Made by a program: the position numbers and the translations under genes. 64,000 bases of DNA. Source: Fibrobacteria bacterium (GTDB taxonomy: Bacteria; Fibrobacterota; Fibrobacteria; UBA11236). Below are positions 18,393-28,425 of the stretch, piece after piece; the first letter of the stretch is position 1, and the number at the start of each line of letters is the position of its first letter. The stretch is from the NCBI GenBank assembly GCA_041746255.1, contig JBGTHM010000014.1:1-64000 (forward strand). Direction: 5' to 3'. The notes beneath the pieces were generated by a model that saw only the letters and a list, made by a program, of their open reading frames with translations, was not told the DNA's origin and made no database searches.

Positions 18393-19679
18393 ATGAGCAA
18401 TAAATCCTTTCAGACGCCCAAAGGCACCCGCGATTTCTATCCGGAGGAGATGCGGGTACAGAACTTTCTATTCGAGAATTGGAAACGAATCTGCCTCCTC
18501 TTCGGTTTCGAAGAATACGAAGGCCCAACTTTCGAATCCCTCGACCTGTATATCGAAAAGTCCGGCGCTGAAATCGTGGGCCAACTGTATAATTTCCGCG
18601 ATAAGGGCGACCGCGAACTCGCTTTACGCCCCGAAATCACGCCAACCTTGGCCCGCATGGTCAACCAGAAGGGGCCCAGCCTCAAGCTTCCCGTGAAATG
18701 GTTTTCCATTCCCCGGCTTTACCGTTACGAAAAAGCGCAAAAGGGTCGCTTGCGGGAATTTTTCCAACTGAACATGGACATAGTCGGTACCGATAAAATC
18801 TGGGCCGAAGTGGATTTGCTCACGGCTATTATTGAGATGATGCAGGGTTTCGGGCTTACTTCCGAAGATTTCACCCTCAAAATTTCCAGCCGAAAATTAT
18901 TGTCCGCCTATTTGGACCGCATCCAGGTTCCGGCCCAGGCCAAACCGGCGGTTTATTCGGCGCTGGATAAAAGGGCCAAGGTCGGGCCGGAGGCCTTTCA
19001 ACGCCTGCTGGGAGAAGCCGGTCTCGTTCCGGAGCAATGCCGGGATTTGGAAGACTTTTTTACCTGCCGCACCTTGGATTCGGTGCGCGAGCGCCTGCCC
19101 GACGCTGCCGGCGAGGAACTCGCCTGGAAGGAAGCCTTGGCGGAGCTGGACGAACTCTTCCTGTGCCTGCGGAATCTGGGATTTGGCGGATTTCTCGATT
19201 TCGACTTGAGCGTCGTGCGCGGCTTGGCTTACTATACCGGCGTGGTTTTTGAAGTATACGACCGCAAGGGCGAGATGCGAGCCGTGGCGGGCGGCGGGCG
19301 CTACGATAATTTATTGGAAAATCTCGGCGGCAGGTCGATGTCTGGCGTTGGCTTCGGCATGGGGGACGTCGTACTCTACGATTTGCTGCGTAGCAAAAAT
19401 CTGGTGCCGGCCTTTTCGGATCGGGTGGATTATTTTCTCGTGACCTTCGGAGAAATGAATTGCGAGGCGCTATTGTTGGCTCAAGCCCTCCGCCATAAGG
19501 ATTTGCGGGTGGCCTATGCGATTGCGGGAGGCAAAATCAAGAAGCAGCTTTCGCAGGCCCATGAGTGCAATGCCGCGAAAGTTATTTTCGTGGGATCTGA
19601 AAGCGCCCCCCCGGGACGCTTCGAAGTGAAAGACCTGACCAGCGGCGAGCAGGTTTTTCGGGCCTTCGAGGAGCTTTAA
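18393..19679 (+). CDS. hisS: Histidine--tRNA ligase
   Basis: PKGTRDF, LRPEITP, YRYEKAQKGRLREFFQ, VRGLAYYTG, GGGRYDNL. Confidence 0.97.
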   Translation: MSNKSFQTPKGTRDFYPEEMRVQNFLFENWKRICLLFGFEEYEGPTFESLDLYIEKSGAEIVGQLYNFRDKGDRELALRPEITPTLARMVNQKGPSLKLPVKWFSIPRLYRYEKAQKGRLREFFQLNMDIVGTDKIWAEVDLLTAIIEMMQGFGLTSEDFTLKISSRKLLSAYLDRIQVPAQAKPAVYSALDKRAKVGPEAFQRLLGEAGLVPEQCRDLEDFFTCRTLDSVRERLPDAAGEELAWKEALAELDELFLCLRNLGFGGFLDFDLSVVRGLAYYTGVVFEVYDRKGEMRAVAGGGRYDNLLENLGGRSMSGVGFGMGDVVLYDLLRSKNLVPAFSDRVDYFLVTFGEMNCEALLLAQALRHKDLRVAYAIAGGKIKKQLSQAHECNAAKVIFVGSESAPPGRFEVKDLTSGEQVFRAFEEL

Positions 19680-19730
19680 TCGAAAGTAGTGGGTGGATGG
19701 AAACGGCAAGCAAGCAAACGGGGAAATAGA

Positions 19731-20123
19731 ATGTCGAACGAAAGCTTATACGAAGGGTTGCAGGAGAATATCCAGGCGCTGGCATTACCCGCCATCGAAA
19801 CCTGGGAATTCCAATACCCCGCGAGCGAAACCCTTATCGAAGTGCATATACCGGAGTTCACCTGCGTGTGTCCTAAAACCGGGCAGCCCGATTTCGCATC
19901 CCTCCATATCTCTTACGTTCCGGAAAACCTTTGCCTGGAGCTGAAAAGCCTTAAGGAGTACATGCTGGCTTTTCGAAACCTGGGAATTTTCCACGAACAC
20001 GTGGTGAATCGGGTGGTTCAGGATTGCGCCTCCGCTTGCAAACCCAGGAGCATGGAAGTCAAAGGGGTATTCAATGCCCGCGGAGGAATTCAAACCACCG
20101 CGACGGCGCGTTATGGCGCTTGA
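19731..20123 (+). CDS. queF: NADPH-dependent preQ0 reductase (unimodular QueF)
   Basis: [34 protein letters not shown]. Confidence 0.95.
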   Translation: MSNESLYEGLQENIQALALPAIETWEFQYPASETLIEVHIPEFTCVCPKTGQPDFASLHISYVPENLCLELKSLKEYMLAFRNLGIFHEHVVNRVVQDCASACKPRSMEVKGVFNARGGIQTTATARYGA

Positions 20124-20182
20124 GTCACAAAAAAATTACACCATGCCGGAAAAACCCGGTTTATAAGGAGCCCAGGAAGCAA

Positions 20183-21256
20183 ATGCAAAAGATCCATAAT
20201 TTCAGCGCCGGTCCGGCCATCTTACCCCGTCAAGCCATGGAAGCCGGCGCACGCGCCGCACTCGAATATAACGGCATAGGGATGTCGCTGCTCGAAGTCT
20301 CCCATCGTGGCAAGGAATTCGTGGCCATCATGGATGAAGCCCTAGCCATCGTCAAGGAATTGTTGGGAGTTCCCAAGGGATATTCCGTAATGTTTTTACA
20401 GGGTGGCGCCAGTTTGCAATTCGCCATGATTCCCTACAATCTGTTGGACGAAGGCGAAACGGCAGCCTATCTCGAAACCGGAGTGTGGGCCCAGAAAGCC
20501 GCCAAAGAAGCGCGGCTTTTCGGAAATGTCGAGGTGGTCGCTTCTTCCAAGGACAGGAATTTCAGCTATATCCCCAAAGGCTATCGGGTGCCGGCGACGG
20601 CGAAATACTTCCACGTCACATCCAACAACACCATTTTCGGTACGCAAATGAAAGCCTTTCCCGAATCCAGCGTCCCGATGGTGGCCGACATGTCCTCGGA
20701 CATTTTCAGCCGGCCGGTGGATGTTTCGCGTTTCGGCCTTATCTACGCAGGCGCCCAAAAGAACATGGGTATTGCAGGCGCTACCCTGGTCATCATCAAG
20801 GACGAATTGGTAGGCAAAGCGAAAAGAGGCATCCCGGCCATTCTCGACTATAAATCCCATATCGATAACGAGTCGATGTATAACACGCCCCCCGTTTTCG
20901 CGGTTTATCTCGCGCTGGAAACCCTCAAATGGGTGAAACAGAACGGCGGCGTAACGGCCATGGAGAAGCGCAATGCCGAAAAGGCGGAGCTGCTGTATGG
21001 CGAAATCGATTCCAACCCGTTCTTTATCGGGACGGCCGCCAAAGAAGACCGTTCGCATATGAACGTTACTTTCGTGCTGGAGAATCCCGAACTGGAAAAA
21101 GAATTTTTACAAACCGCCGAAGCGGCGGGGCTATCCGGGCTGAAGGGCCATCGTTCCGTGGGCGGTTTCCGGGCATCCATTTATAACGCCATGGGCATTG
21201 AAAGTATTCAAGCCCTGGTTCAAGTGATGCGGGAGTTCGCGCGCAAGAATGCCTAG
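20183..21256 (+). CDS. serC: Phosphoserine aminotransferase
   Basis: [50 protein letters not shown]. Confidence 0.96.
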   Translation: MQKIHNFSAGPAILPRQAMEAGARAALEYNGIGMSLLEVSHRGKEFVAIMDEALAIVKELLGVPKGYSVMFLQGGASLQFAMIPYNLLDEGETAAYLETGVWAQKAAKEARLFGNVEVVASSKDRNFSYIPKGYRVPATAKYFHVTSNNTIFGTQMKAFPESSVPMVADMSSDIFSRPVDVSRFGLIYAGAQKNMGIAGATLVIIKDELVGKAKRGIPAILDYKSHIDNESMYNTPPVFAVYLALETLKWVKQNGGVTAMEKRNAEKAELLYGEIDSNPFFIGTAAKEDRSHMNVTFVLENPELEKEFLQTAEAAGLSGLKGHRSVGGFRASIYNAMGIESIQALVQVMREFARKNA

Positions 21257-21263
21257 CGCCTCC

Positions 21264-21299
21264 GCTGGAATAGGGGGGAGTGGCTTTTCCTATTCCAGC
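21264..21299. terminator. Hairpin between convergent serC and panC
   Basis: 11-bp perfect inverted repeat GCTGGAATAGG / CCTATTCCAGC; right arm overlaps the panC stop. Confidence 0.5.
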
Positions 21300-22123
21300 A
21301 AAACGTTATCAATCAGTCGTGTGGTTCCGTAAAAGGCCGCCACGGCCAGGACCGCTGGCCCATCCACCCTCTTAACAGGTTCAAGCAGTGCTTGCGAAAC
21401 GATTTCCACGTACTGGAGGGAAGTCGGGTGCGAAGCTTCGATTTCGCGACGGGCGATTTCCATCAGGGCTTCTGAGCCCTGTTCTCCTTGCTGGAAAGCT
21501 TCCCGCGCCAGAGTCAATCCCCGGAAAATGGCCGCCGCCCGGCTGCGTTCGTCCTCGGTGAGATAAGCGTTGCGTGAACTCATGGCCAGACCCGAAGGCT
21601 CACGCATGGTCTCCACCAGTTCCATTTCGAGGTCGACGTCGAAGTCGGCCACCATTTTTTTTAAGATCAGTGCCTGTTGGATGTCTTTTTTTCCGAAGTA
21701 GGCCCGCGCCGGCCTCACGATATGGAATAATTTCAACACCACCGTGCACACCCCGCGGAAATGCCCGGGCCTGGCGGCACCGCAAAGGTAACGGCCCAAG
21801 CCCTCCACCTCGCAGTAGGCCCGGTGGTCGGGAGCGTAGAAGGACTCGGCCGTCGGCGCGAAAACCGCCGTGACTCCGGCGTTACGGCAGACTTCCAAAT
21901 CCTTCTCGATGGGGCGGGGATAAAGGGTGAAATCCTCCTGCGGGCCGAACTGGAGCGGATTCACGAATATGGAGACCACGGTGGCCGCGTTCCTCCCGCG
22001 GCTTTCCTCCATAAGATGCACATGGCCGGCGTGCAAGGCGCCCATGGTCGCAACGAAACCGATGTCGGGGGCGAAACCGCGGCGCCAGCGCTTGAAGTCG
22101 GCAAGCGAATGGAAGACCTCCAT
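21290..22123 (-). CDS. panC: Pantoate--beta-alanine ligase
   Basis: TMGALHAGH, SIFVNPLQF, RPGHFRGV, FGKKDIQQ, GLAMSSRN, TRLIDN. Confidence 0.96.
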   Translation of the reverse strand: MEVFHSLADFKRWRRGFAPDIGFVATMGALHAGHVHLMEESRGRNAATVVSIFVNPLQFGPQEDFTLYPRPIEKDLEVCRNAGVTAVFAPTAESFYAPDHRAYCEVEGLGRYLCGAARPGHFRGVCTVVLKLFHIVRPARAYFGKKDIQQALILKKMVADFDVDLEMELVETMREPSGLAMSSRNAYLTEDERSRAAAIFRGLTLAREAFQQGEQGSEALMEIARREIEASHPTSLQYVEIVSQALLEPVKRVDGPAVLAVAAFYGTTRLIDNVLLE

Positions 22124-22129
22124 GCTATC

Positions 22130-23299
22130 TCACGTCATATCCGGGGAGAAATAGGTGACTCCCTCCGGGAATTTTAGGATTTCCCGCTCCAGTAATTCCA
22201 AATCGGCGGGGCTTTTCACGAAGTCGATGCGGTTGGTGTTGACGATGAGCAGCGGTGAACTTTTGTAATGGTGGAAATACGCGTTGTATGTCTGGTTGAG
22301 CGTTTCGATATAGGCCTCCGACATGTTACGCTCATAAGCGCGATCCCGTTGTTTGATGCGCTGCATCAAGGTTTTGGTGTCGGCTTGCAGATATATCACG
22401 AAATCGGGGCGCGCAGTATCTTTTTCCAGCAGACTCCACATTTTTTCATAGAGCGCCAATTCGTTTTCGTCGAGATTAAGCGCGGCGAATATTTTGTCCT
22501 TGGCGAACATGTAATCGCTGATGATTTGCCCGGCGAAGAGGTTTTGCTGTTCGAAGTTCTCCCGGATTTGCCGGTGGCGCGAAAGCAGAAAGAAAATCTG
22601 CGTTTGAAACGCATAGCGCTGTTTGTCCTGATAGAACCCGGATAGAAAGGGATTGTTCTCGAAATCCTCATAGAGCGCGGGAATGCCCAACCTTTGACCG
22701 AGTAATTTCACCAAGGTCGATTTACCCGCTCCGATAACGCCTTCCACGCATAGATAGCGCAGCGAGTCCGGCGCTTTGGCAGGTGCTTTCGCTTCGCCGC
22801 CGAAAGGGCGGATGTCTTGCCGTCCCTGTTCCGCCATGATTCCCTCCAGGCATTCCGCCACGGTACGTTTCGTACCGGGGATGGCCAGCTGATCGTCCAG
22901 TTCGGCCAGGGGGACCAATACGAATTGCCTTTGTGTCAAACCGGGATGGGGGATTTGTAAGTCGGCCTCCGCTATTTCCAGATCTCCGAAAAGGAGTATG
23001 TCCAAATCGATTTCCCGGGGCGCCCACCGCTCTCGAACCTGCCTTCCCAGGCGCTTTTCTGTGTCCCGGCAATAGGTCATGAGTTCCCTGGGAGTCAGCC
23101 GGGAGATAAAAGCGACGCATTGATTCAGATAGGGGGCTTGGGGGCCGGGGCCCATGGGCGGAGTTTCATAGATGCGGGAGGCCTGCAGGGGGCTTTCGGC
23201 CACCGATTGCAATGCCCTGAGGGCTTGACGGAGGAAATCCTCCCTGTCGCCGATATTGCTTCCCAGGGCCACGAACACCCGGTTTTCCGATGATTTCAC
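22130..23299 (-). CDS. folK: FolK (HPPK) fused to a deoxynucleoside kinase
   Basis: ALGSNIGDR, RWAPREIDLDIL, IPHP; then EGVIGAGKST, NPFL..FY, AFQTQIFFL, YLQA, R..YE; GTG start inferred. Confidence 0.9.
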   Translation of the reverse strand: MKSSENRVFVALGSNIGDREDFLRQALRALQSVAESPLQASRIYETPPMGPGPQAPYLNQCVAFISRLTPRELMTYCRDTEKRLGRQVRERWAPREIDLDILLFGDLEIAEADLQIPHPGLTQRQFVLVPLAELDDQLAIPGTKRTVAECLEGIMAEQGRQDIRPFGGEAKAPAKAPDSLRYLCVEGVIGAGKSTLVKLLGQRLGIPALYEDFENNPFLSGFYQDKQRYAFQTQIFFLLSRHRQIRENFEQQNLFAGQIISDYMFAKDKIFAALNLDENELALYEKMWSLLEKDTARPDFVIYLQADTKTLMQRIKQRDRAYERNMSEAYIETLNQTYNAYFHHYKSSPLLIVNTNRIDFVKSPADLELLEREILKFPEGVTYFSPDMT

Positions 23300-23605
23300 G
23301 GAAGCGCCCACCTCATTTTGAATTATGCTATATTGAAAAAGAAATACCGCATGGCTCAACCGCCAAATGTAACTTAATGCGGGAGAGGCTTCTTGCCATT
23401 CCCGCTGCCGGACCACCCGATAAAAACCCAACCACACAACCGAAAAAACAGCAAACGAATCAAGGGATAACCCAGGCATCTAATCGGCATTATTGACTAG
23501 GAAAGTCCAATTTTTATCTTTTAACCCAGCCGACTCATCGTCTTATCTGCAACCTCTCAAGTTACCCTACCACATTTTTTATTCAAATTTTCAAGGAGAT
23601 TGATT

Positions 23606-25093
23606 TTGGCACCCAGAACGAAAGCCAGCTTGAAAAAATCGTATGCCAAGCCCCACGATTCCGACGGCCAGGAAGAATCCGGCCCGAGTGAAGAACAATA
23701 TTCTGAAGCGGCGCCCGACGGTGAAATGCACGGCCGCCAATCTCCCGATAGGGATGAGTCCGCCTATGTCGAACGGGGGACGGAAGACAATGGTAACGGC
23801 GATATGTCCGATGCCGGCGGCGGCCGGACTTTGCAGGAAGCGAAGAACCGCTGGAACGATTTGAAAAAAATGAGCATGAAGGACCTCATCGGATTGGGTC
23901 TTTCGCTGAACATTCCCGACCCCCGCATGCTGCGCAAACAAGCGCTGCTTTTCTCCATCCTGGAAGCCGAAAGTCCGGGCAATTCCGCCATCTATGCCGA
24001 AGGCGTGCTCGAGGTCATGGACGAGGGATACGGATTTTTACGCTCACCCGATCATTCCTATGTCGCGGGACCCGACGATGTTTATGTCTCCTCGACCCAG
24101 ATCAAACGCTTCGGTTTGCATACCGGCGACGTGATTTCGGGCCTGGTACGCGCGCCGAAGGACAATGAGAGGTATTTCGCGCTGCTGCGCATCCAAAAGG
24201 TCAACGGCGAAAATCCCGAGCATGCCAAGGATAGAGTGGGTTTCGACAATCTCACGCCTCTCCATCCCGAGGTCCCTTTCGATCTCGAATATGACAAGTC
24301 CGAAATCAGCACCCGGGTGATGAATCTTTTCACTCCCATCGGCAGAGGGCAGCGCGGCCTCATCGTGGCTCCGCCCCGTGTGGGTAAAACCGTGCTTTTG
24401 CAGAACATCGCCAATGCCATCGTCCGCAACCACGGCGAAGTAAAGCTCATGGTGCTGCTCATCGACGAGCGCCCGGAAGAAGTTACCGACATGCGCCGCA
24501 ATGTTCCCGCGGAGGTTTTCAGTTCCACATTCGATGAACCACCGGAGCGGCATATACAGGTCGCCAATATGGTCATTGAAAAAGCCCGTCGCCTGGTCGA
24601 GCACGGCCAGCACGTCGTAATTCTTCTCGACAGTATCACCCGCCTGGCGCGCGCCCACAACGTGGTGATTCCCCATTCCGGTAAAATCCTTTCCGGCGGC
24701 GTGGACGCCATGGCCTTGCAAAAGCCCAAACGTTTTTTCGGGTCGGCCCGTAACATCGAAGGCGGCGGAAGTCTCACCATCATCGCCACCGCCCTGATTG
24801 AAACCGGCAGCCGCATGGACGAAGTGATTTTCGAGGAGTTCAAGGGTACCGGCAATATGGAATTGATTCTCGACCGGCGCATCGCGGAAAAACGCATTTG
24901 GCCCGCCATCGATGTTTTCAAATCGGGCACGCGTAAAGAGGAATTGCTCATGTCGCCCGACGACCTGCGCCGCGTCTGGATTTTGCGTCGCTACCTTCAG
25001 GATCTTTCCCCGGTGGAAATCATGGAGTTCCTGGTGGAAAAACTCAAAGCCAACCCTTCCAACAAAGAATTTCTGGATTCGATGAATGGCTAA
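23606..25093 (+). CDS. rho: Transcription termination factor Rho
   Basis: [56 protein letters not shown] 7 nt before TTG 23606. Confidence 0.97.
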   Translation: MAPRTKASLKKSYAKPHDSDGQEESGPSEEQYSEAAPDGEMHGRQSPDRDESAYVERGTEDNGNGDMSDAGGGRTLQEAKNRWNDLKKMSMKDLIGLGLSLNIPDPRMLRKQALLFSILEAESPGNSAIYAEGVLEVMDEGYGFLRSPDHSYVAGPDDVYVSSTQIKRFGLHTGDVISGLVRAPKDNERYFALLRIQKVNGENPEHAKDRVGFDNLTPLHPEVPFDLEYDKSEISTRVMNLFTPIGRGQRGLIVAPPRVGKTVLLQNIANAIVRNHGEVKLMVLLIDERPEEVTDMRRNVPAEVFSSTFDEPPERHIQVANMVIEKARRLVEHGQHVVILLDSITRLARAHNVVIPHSGKILSGGVDAMALQKPKRFFGSARNIEGGGSLTIIATALIETGSRMDEVIFEEFKGTGNMELILDRRIAEKRIWPAIDVFKSGTRKEELLMSPDDLRRVWILRRYLQDLSPVEIMEFLVEKLKANPSNKEFLDSMNG

Positions 25094-25895
25094 GCCGGGT
25101 CGCATCGGAATATTAGGATGCGGGAATATGGGCGGCGCTCTGGCCAGGGGACTGGCCTCTGCGCGGATTCTATCCGCACCCGGAGATTTGTGGCTTTACG
25201 ATGTCCGTCGTGAGGCAGCCGAGGCTTTACAGGCTACCCTTAAAGCCAGCGTTGCCGACTTACCGGACGATGCCATCGCGAATTCCGATCTCTGCGTGTT
25301 GGCGGTCAAGCCGCAGGTTTTTCAAAAAAATCCGGCGATGTTCCGTCCCGCCGCCTCCGGAAAAATTTTCGTCAGTATCATGGCCGGGGTTACCTCGGCC
25401 TCGCTACGCACGGCCTTGGGGGATGATTGCCGGGTGGTAAGGGCCATGCCCAATTTGCCGTTGTCGGTGGGACAGGGGGCTACGGCCATTGAAGCCGATG
25501 GCCATGACGAAGAAACCCTGGCCAAGGTCGAGGCTCTCTTCCGGTCTTCGGGTACAACGGTGCGCGTTTCCGCCGCGCATATGGATGCCGTTACGGCGCT
25601 TTCCGGTAGCGGCCCCATGTATTGCTTCGAATTTTTGGAGGGGCTGATGGCCGCGGGCGTCAAGCTCGGTCTCTCGCGCGAAGTAGCCGAGACACTGGCA
25701 TTGCAAACCCTGAAAGGGTCGCTGGCCCTGCTGGAATCCACCGACGAAACCCCGTCGCAATGGACCCGCAAAGTCTGTTCCCCCGGTGGCACCACGATTC
25801 ATGCCCTGCATGAACTCGAGCGTAAGGGATTCCGTGGAATCTTGATGAGTTCCGTCGAGGCGGCCGCCGTGCGGTCCCGCGAATTAGGCGGGTAG
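25086..25895 (+). CDS. proC: Pyrroline-5-carboxylate reductase
   Basis: [36 protein letters not shown]. Confidence 0.95.
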   Translation: MAKPGRIGILGCGNMGGALARGLASARILSAPGDLWLYDVRREAAEALQATLKASVADLPDDAIANSDLCVLAVKPQVFQKNPAMFRPAASGKIFVSIMAGVTSASLRTALGDDCRVVRAMPNLPLSVGQGATAIEADGHDEETLAKVEALFRSSGTTVRVSAAHMDAVTALSGSGPMYCFEFLEGLMAAGVKLGLSREVAETLALQTLKGSLALLESTDETPSQWTRKVCSPGGTTIHALHELERKGFRGILMSSVEAAAVRSRELGG

Positions 25896-26019
25896 TCCCG
25901 GCGAACCCGGTGCAAAGCACCCTATCCTTCCCGTATTAATCTCCCTTGCAGCCGCCTTTCCTTGCGTTTAGGGCCTCTTCTATGGCTATAATGGTTAAAC
26001 TGCGGAAGGAATTTCGGCC

Positions 26020-27252
26020 TTGCGCCTAATTTTCATTGGATTTCTTTTCTATGCCGTCGGAATGACACACGCCAAAAGGCATGTGGCCGTTTTGGGCGTA
26101 TATGCCCCTTTCCCTCCCGATCTACTCCGGGAGTTTCCCGCACACATTGGCCGGATGCTCAGCTCCGACGATCAATTGGTGGTTTATGATTTGCGTAAAA
26201 ACCATGCGCAAGCTCTCGATAGCGCGGGTGGAAATGCGGAGGGGTGGAATCGGCAATGGTTGAATTCCCTCCATGGAGGAACGGTCCAGCAGGGGCTGGC
26301 GGTTCACTGCAACGACATGCGAGAACTATTGCAATGCCGTTTGGAATTGGTCGGCATGGGATCCGATTTGTCCGTGACTTACGACACCCTGTTTTTCCAT
26401 GCGGAAGCGAAATCCGATCCGACCTCGCTTCCGCAGGAATGGGCGGACGGTTTTAAGCGAATGTGGGGCGGGAACGAATCCAGCAGAGCCTCTGCGCAGA
26501 CGACGGAATTCTCACCGCCGCTGCATTCAGCCATGCTCATAAAAGGCACGCGGGTCCTCTATCGGGATTCGGTCCGGTTTTTCCCCCAGGGTACGCGCCT
26601 GATTCGGGGAGAGAGGGGGCCGGTAGTGGAAATGAAATTGGGCGATCAACGCTTCTTTCTCTTTCCGAAATCATCCTATTCGCTTCCAACTTCCAGAACG
26701 CTGGTATTGGATTCGGGAAGGCTTGACTTGGTGGGTGGGAACGATTCCAGCTTTCTGCTGGGCCCCTCACTGCGAGCTGTCGGAAAGGCCAAGCTCGCAT
26801 CCTTATCCCACGAAGGCAACACCACCGTACTCCGGCTGTTCCGAGGACGCCTGGTGGTATTTCCCTTATTGGGAACGAAAAACTCCTTTGAGCTTCAGGA
26901 TATGGAGAGCTTTTCCACCCGGGGATATGCGGGTGAAAGAAATCTGCTCAGTCTTGAGGAAGAGAAGAGAATGCGGCGCGACTTGGAAGAATTCATGGCG
27001 GGAGCTTTGTTGTCCCAATTACTGGCCCCTTCGGCGGCACTTCGCGAAAAATTGTTTTACACTCAAAATACCATCCGCTCCGCGGATCCCGAGTTGGTCG
27101 ATTTCATGGGCGCGGGCGTAGAACGTTTTGGTATCCCATCCGGTATTCCCACCTTGGAGGGGGAGTTATGGCGGCATGAAGACAAAAATCCGGACGCGGC
27201 CCTTCGCGACGCGGGCTGTTACCTATGCAGTCCTTTTCGTGTGGGTAGGTAG
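26020..27252 (+). CDS. Exported hypothetical protein with a possible divergent FecR-like domain
   Basis: Signal peptide; segment VVEMKLGD..FLFPKS..LVLDSGRL..TTVLRLFRGRLVV resembles the FecR beta pattern. Confidence 0.55.
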   Translation: MRLIFIGFLFYAVGMTHAKRHVAVLGVYAPFPPDLLREFPAHIGRMLSSDDQLVVYDLRKNHAQALDSAGGNAEGWNRQWLNSLHGGTVQQGLAVHCNDMRELLQCRLELVGMGSDLSVTYDTLFFHAEAKSDPTSLPQEWADGFKRMWGGNESSRASAQTTEFSPPLHSAMLIKGTRVLYRDSVRFFPQGTRLIRGERGPVVEMKLGDQRFFLFPKSSYSLPTSRTLVLDSGRLDLVGGNDSSFLLGPSLRAVGKAKLASLSHEGNTTVLRLFRGRLVVFPLLGTKNSFELQDMESFSTRGYAGERNLLSLEEEKRMRRDLEEFMAGALLSQLLAPSAALREKLFYTQNTIRSADPELVDFMGAGVERFGIPSGIPTLEGELWRHEDKNPDAALRDAGCYLCSPFRVGR

Positions 27253-28387
27253 TTTCTCCGTAGCGGCCCAGAAAAGCAACGCTCTGGTGGGTGGGGCCAA
27301 GGCGGGTATTCCCTGGACCTTCGAAACGTCGCTTGGGGGTACCCAGCTATGGGAGGACGGCTCCGCGGCGGACGCCTTTGCAAGTTACCAGCTTATGGCG
27401 AGCGGACGATTCGTCTTCCAGCCGCTGGCCTGGGCTTGGTTTCAAACGGGGTTACAATCGGCCAGTACCCGTATCCCCGAAGCTACGTCCGAAGTCAACG
27501 AGCCGGTATCCCTGAGCGCGATAGCCAATGTGGAAATCATTCCCGCCTTCTTGTACGCTAATTTTGGTTTCGCTTTTTCTTTTTTTGAGGAAACCTTACC
27601 CCTCGAAGACAGTGCGGCATTGTTCGATTTTCAAAACGGGTACCGCTACGGATTGCTTCCCTTGGGGTTGAATGTCAAAACCCTTTTCGGCGGAACCTTT
27701 CTGCGGCAAGACTGGGGCCCTTGGCTGCTTTTGACGGGATTCAGCATGGGACGCTCGGCTCCCGTGACGTTGTACGAAGACCATACCTTTACGCCTCCCC
27801 ACTTGATCAACGGCTCCTTCCGCCTACGCCATAGAAAACAGGATGCGGATCACAGAATCGAAATTGCGGCCACCTATTTTTCTGAAGAAAAGAACGCCGC
27901 GCAGGAAGCGGCGCATCAAGAAGGCATGCGATGGTATTTCCGTTACAGTCTGACGCAATTGTTCAACAGCAAGGGCCTGGAGGTGGCATTGGGGGGCGTC
28001 TGGCACGCTGAAGATAAAAATCGCCGATTGCTGATCCGGTCCGAATTGGAGCACCTTGGAACCAATGATAACCTGCAGCGGATTTTCGTCGACGGCACTT
28101 GGATTTGGCGGGTGAAGCCGAAATGGCTGGCCCACCTTTATCTGAGGCCGTCGCTGGTTTTCCAGGCCGGTGCGGATAGCAAGTGGGGGTATGAAACCGA
28201 GGTTTTCCTCCGTTCCCGTATGCGTTTTTTCGGCTCGCATGATTTCGAAGTCGCGCCGGGAGCGTTGCTGGGCCGTTTCCATGGCCAACCTGTAGCGGCC
28301 GTGGCATTCAGGGCGAAATATGCTTTCCACCATCTTCCGGCCATCAATGACGAATTCGCCTGGGAATCGGTAGATGCGCGCAAATGA
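27176..28387 (+). CDS. Putative outer-membrane beta-barrel protein
   Basis: Signal peptide (FSVAA), many alternating aromatic/hydrophobic strands. Confidence 0.55.
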   Translation: MKTKIRTRPFATRAVTYAVLFVWVGSFSVAAQKSNALVGGAKAGIPWTFETSLGGTQLWEDGSAADAFASYQLMASGRFVFQPLAWAWFQTGLQSASTRIPEATSEVNEPVSLSAIANVEIIPAFLYANFGFAFSFFEETLPLEDSAALFDFQNGYRYGLLPLGLNVKTLFGGTFLRQDWGPWLLLTGFSMGRSAPVTLYEDHTFTPPHLINGSFRLRHRKQDADHRIEIAATYFSEEKNAAQEAAHQEGMRWYFRYSLTQLFNSKGLEVALGGVWHAEDKNRRLLIRSELEHLGTNDNLQRIFVDGTWIWRVKPKWLAHLYLRPSLVFQAGADSKWGYETEVFLRSRMRFFGSHDFEVAPGALLGRFHGQPVAAVAFRAKYAFHHLPAINDEFAWESVDARK

Positions 28388-28425
28388 GGCTGGAACAGGG
28401 TGGGGCCAATGCAGTTGAATAAGGG

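Noticed and set aside
19680..19730. preQ1 riboswitch upstream of queF
   Set aside because: Short intergenic region without recognisable preQ1 consensus
24044..25105. 353-aa and 289-aa ORFs antisense to rho
   Set aside because: Shadow ORFs within a conserved gene
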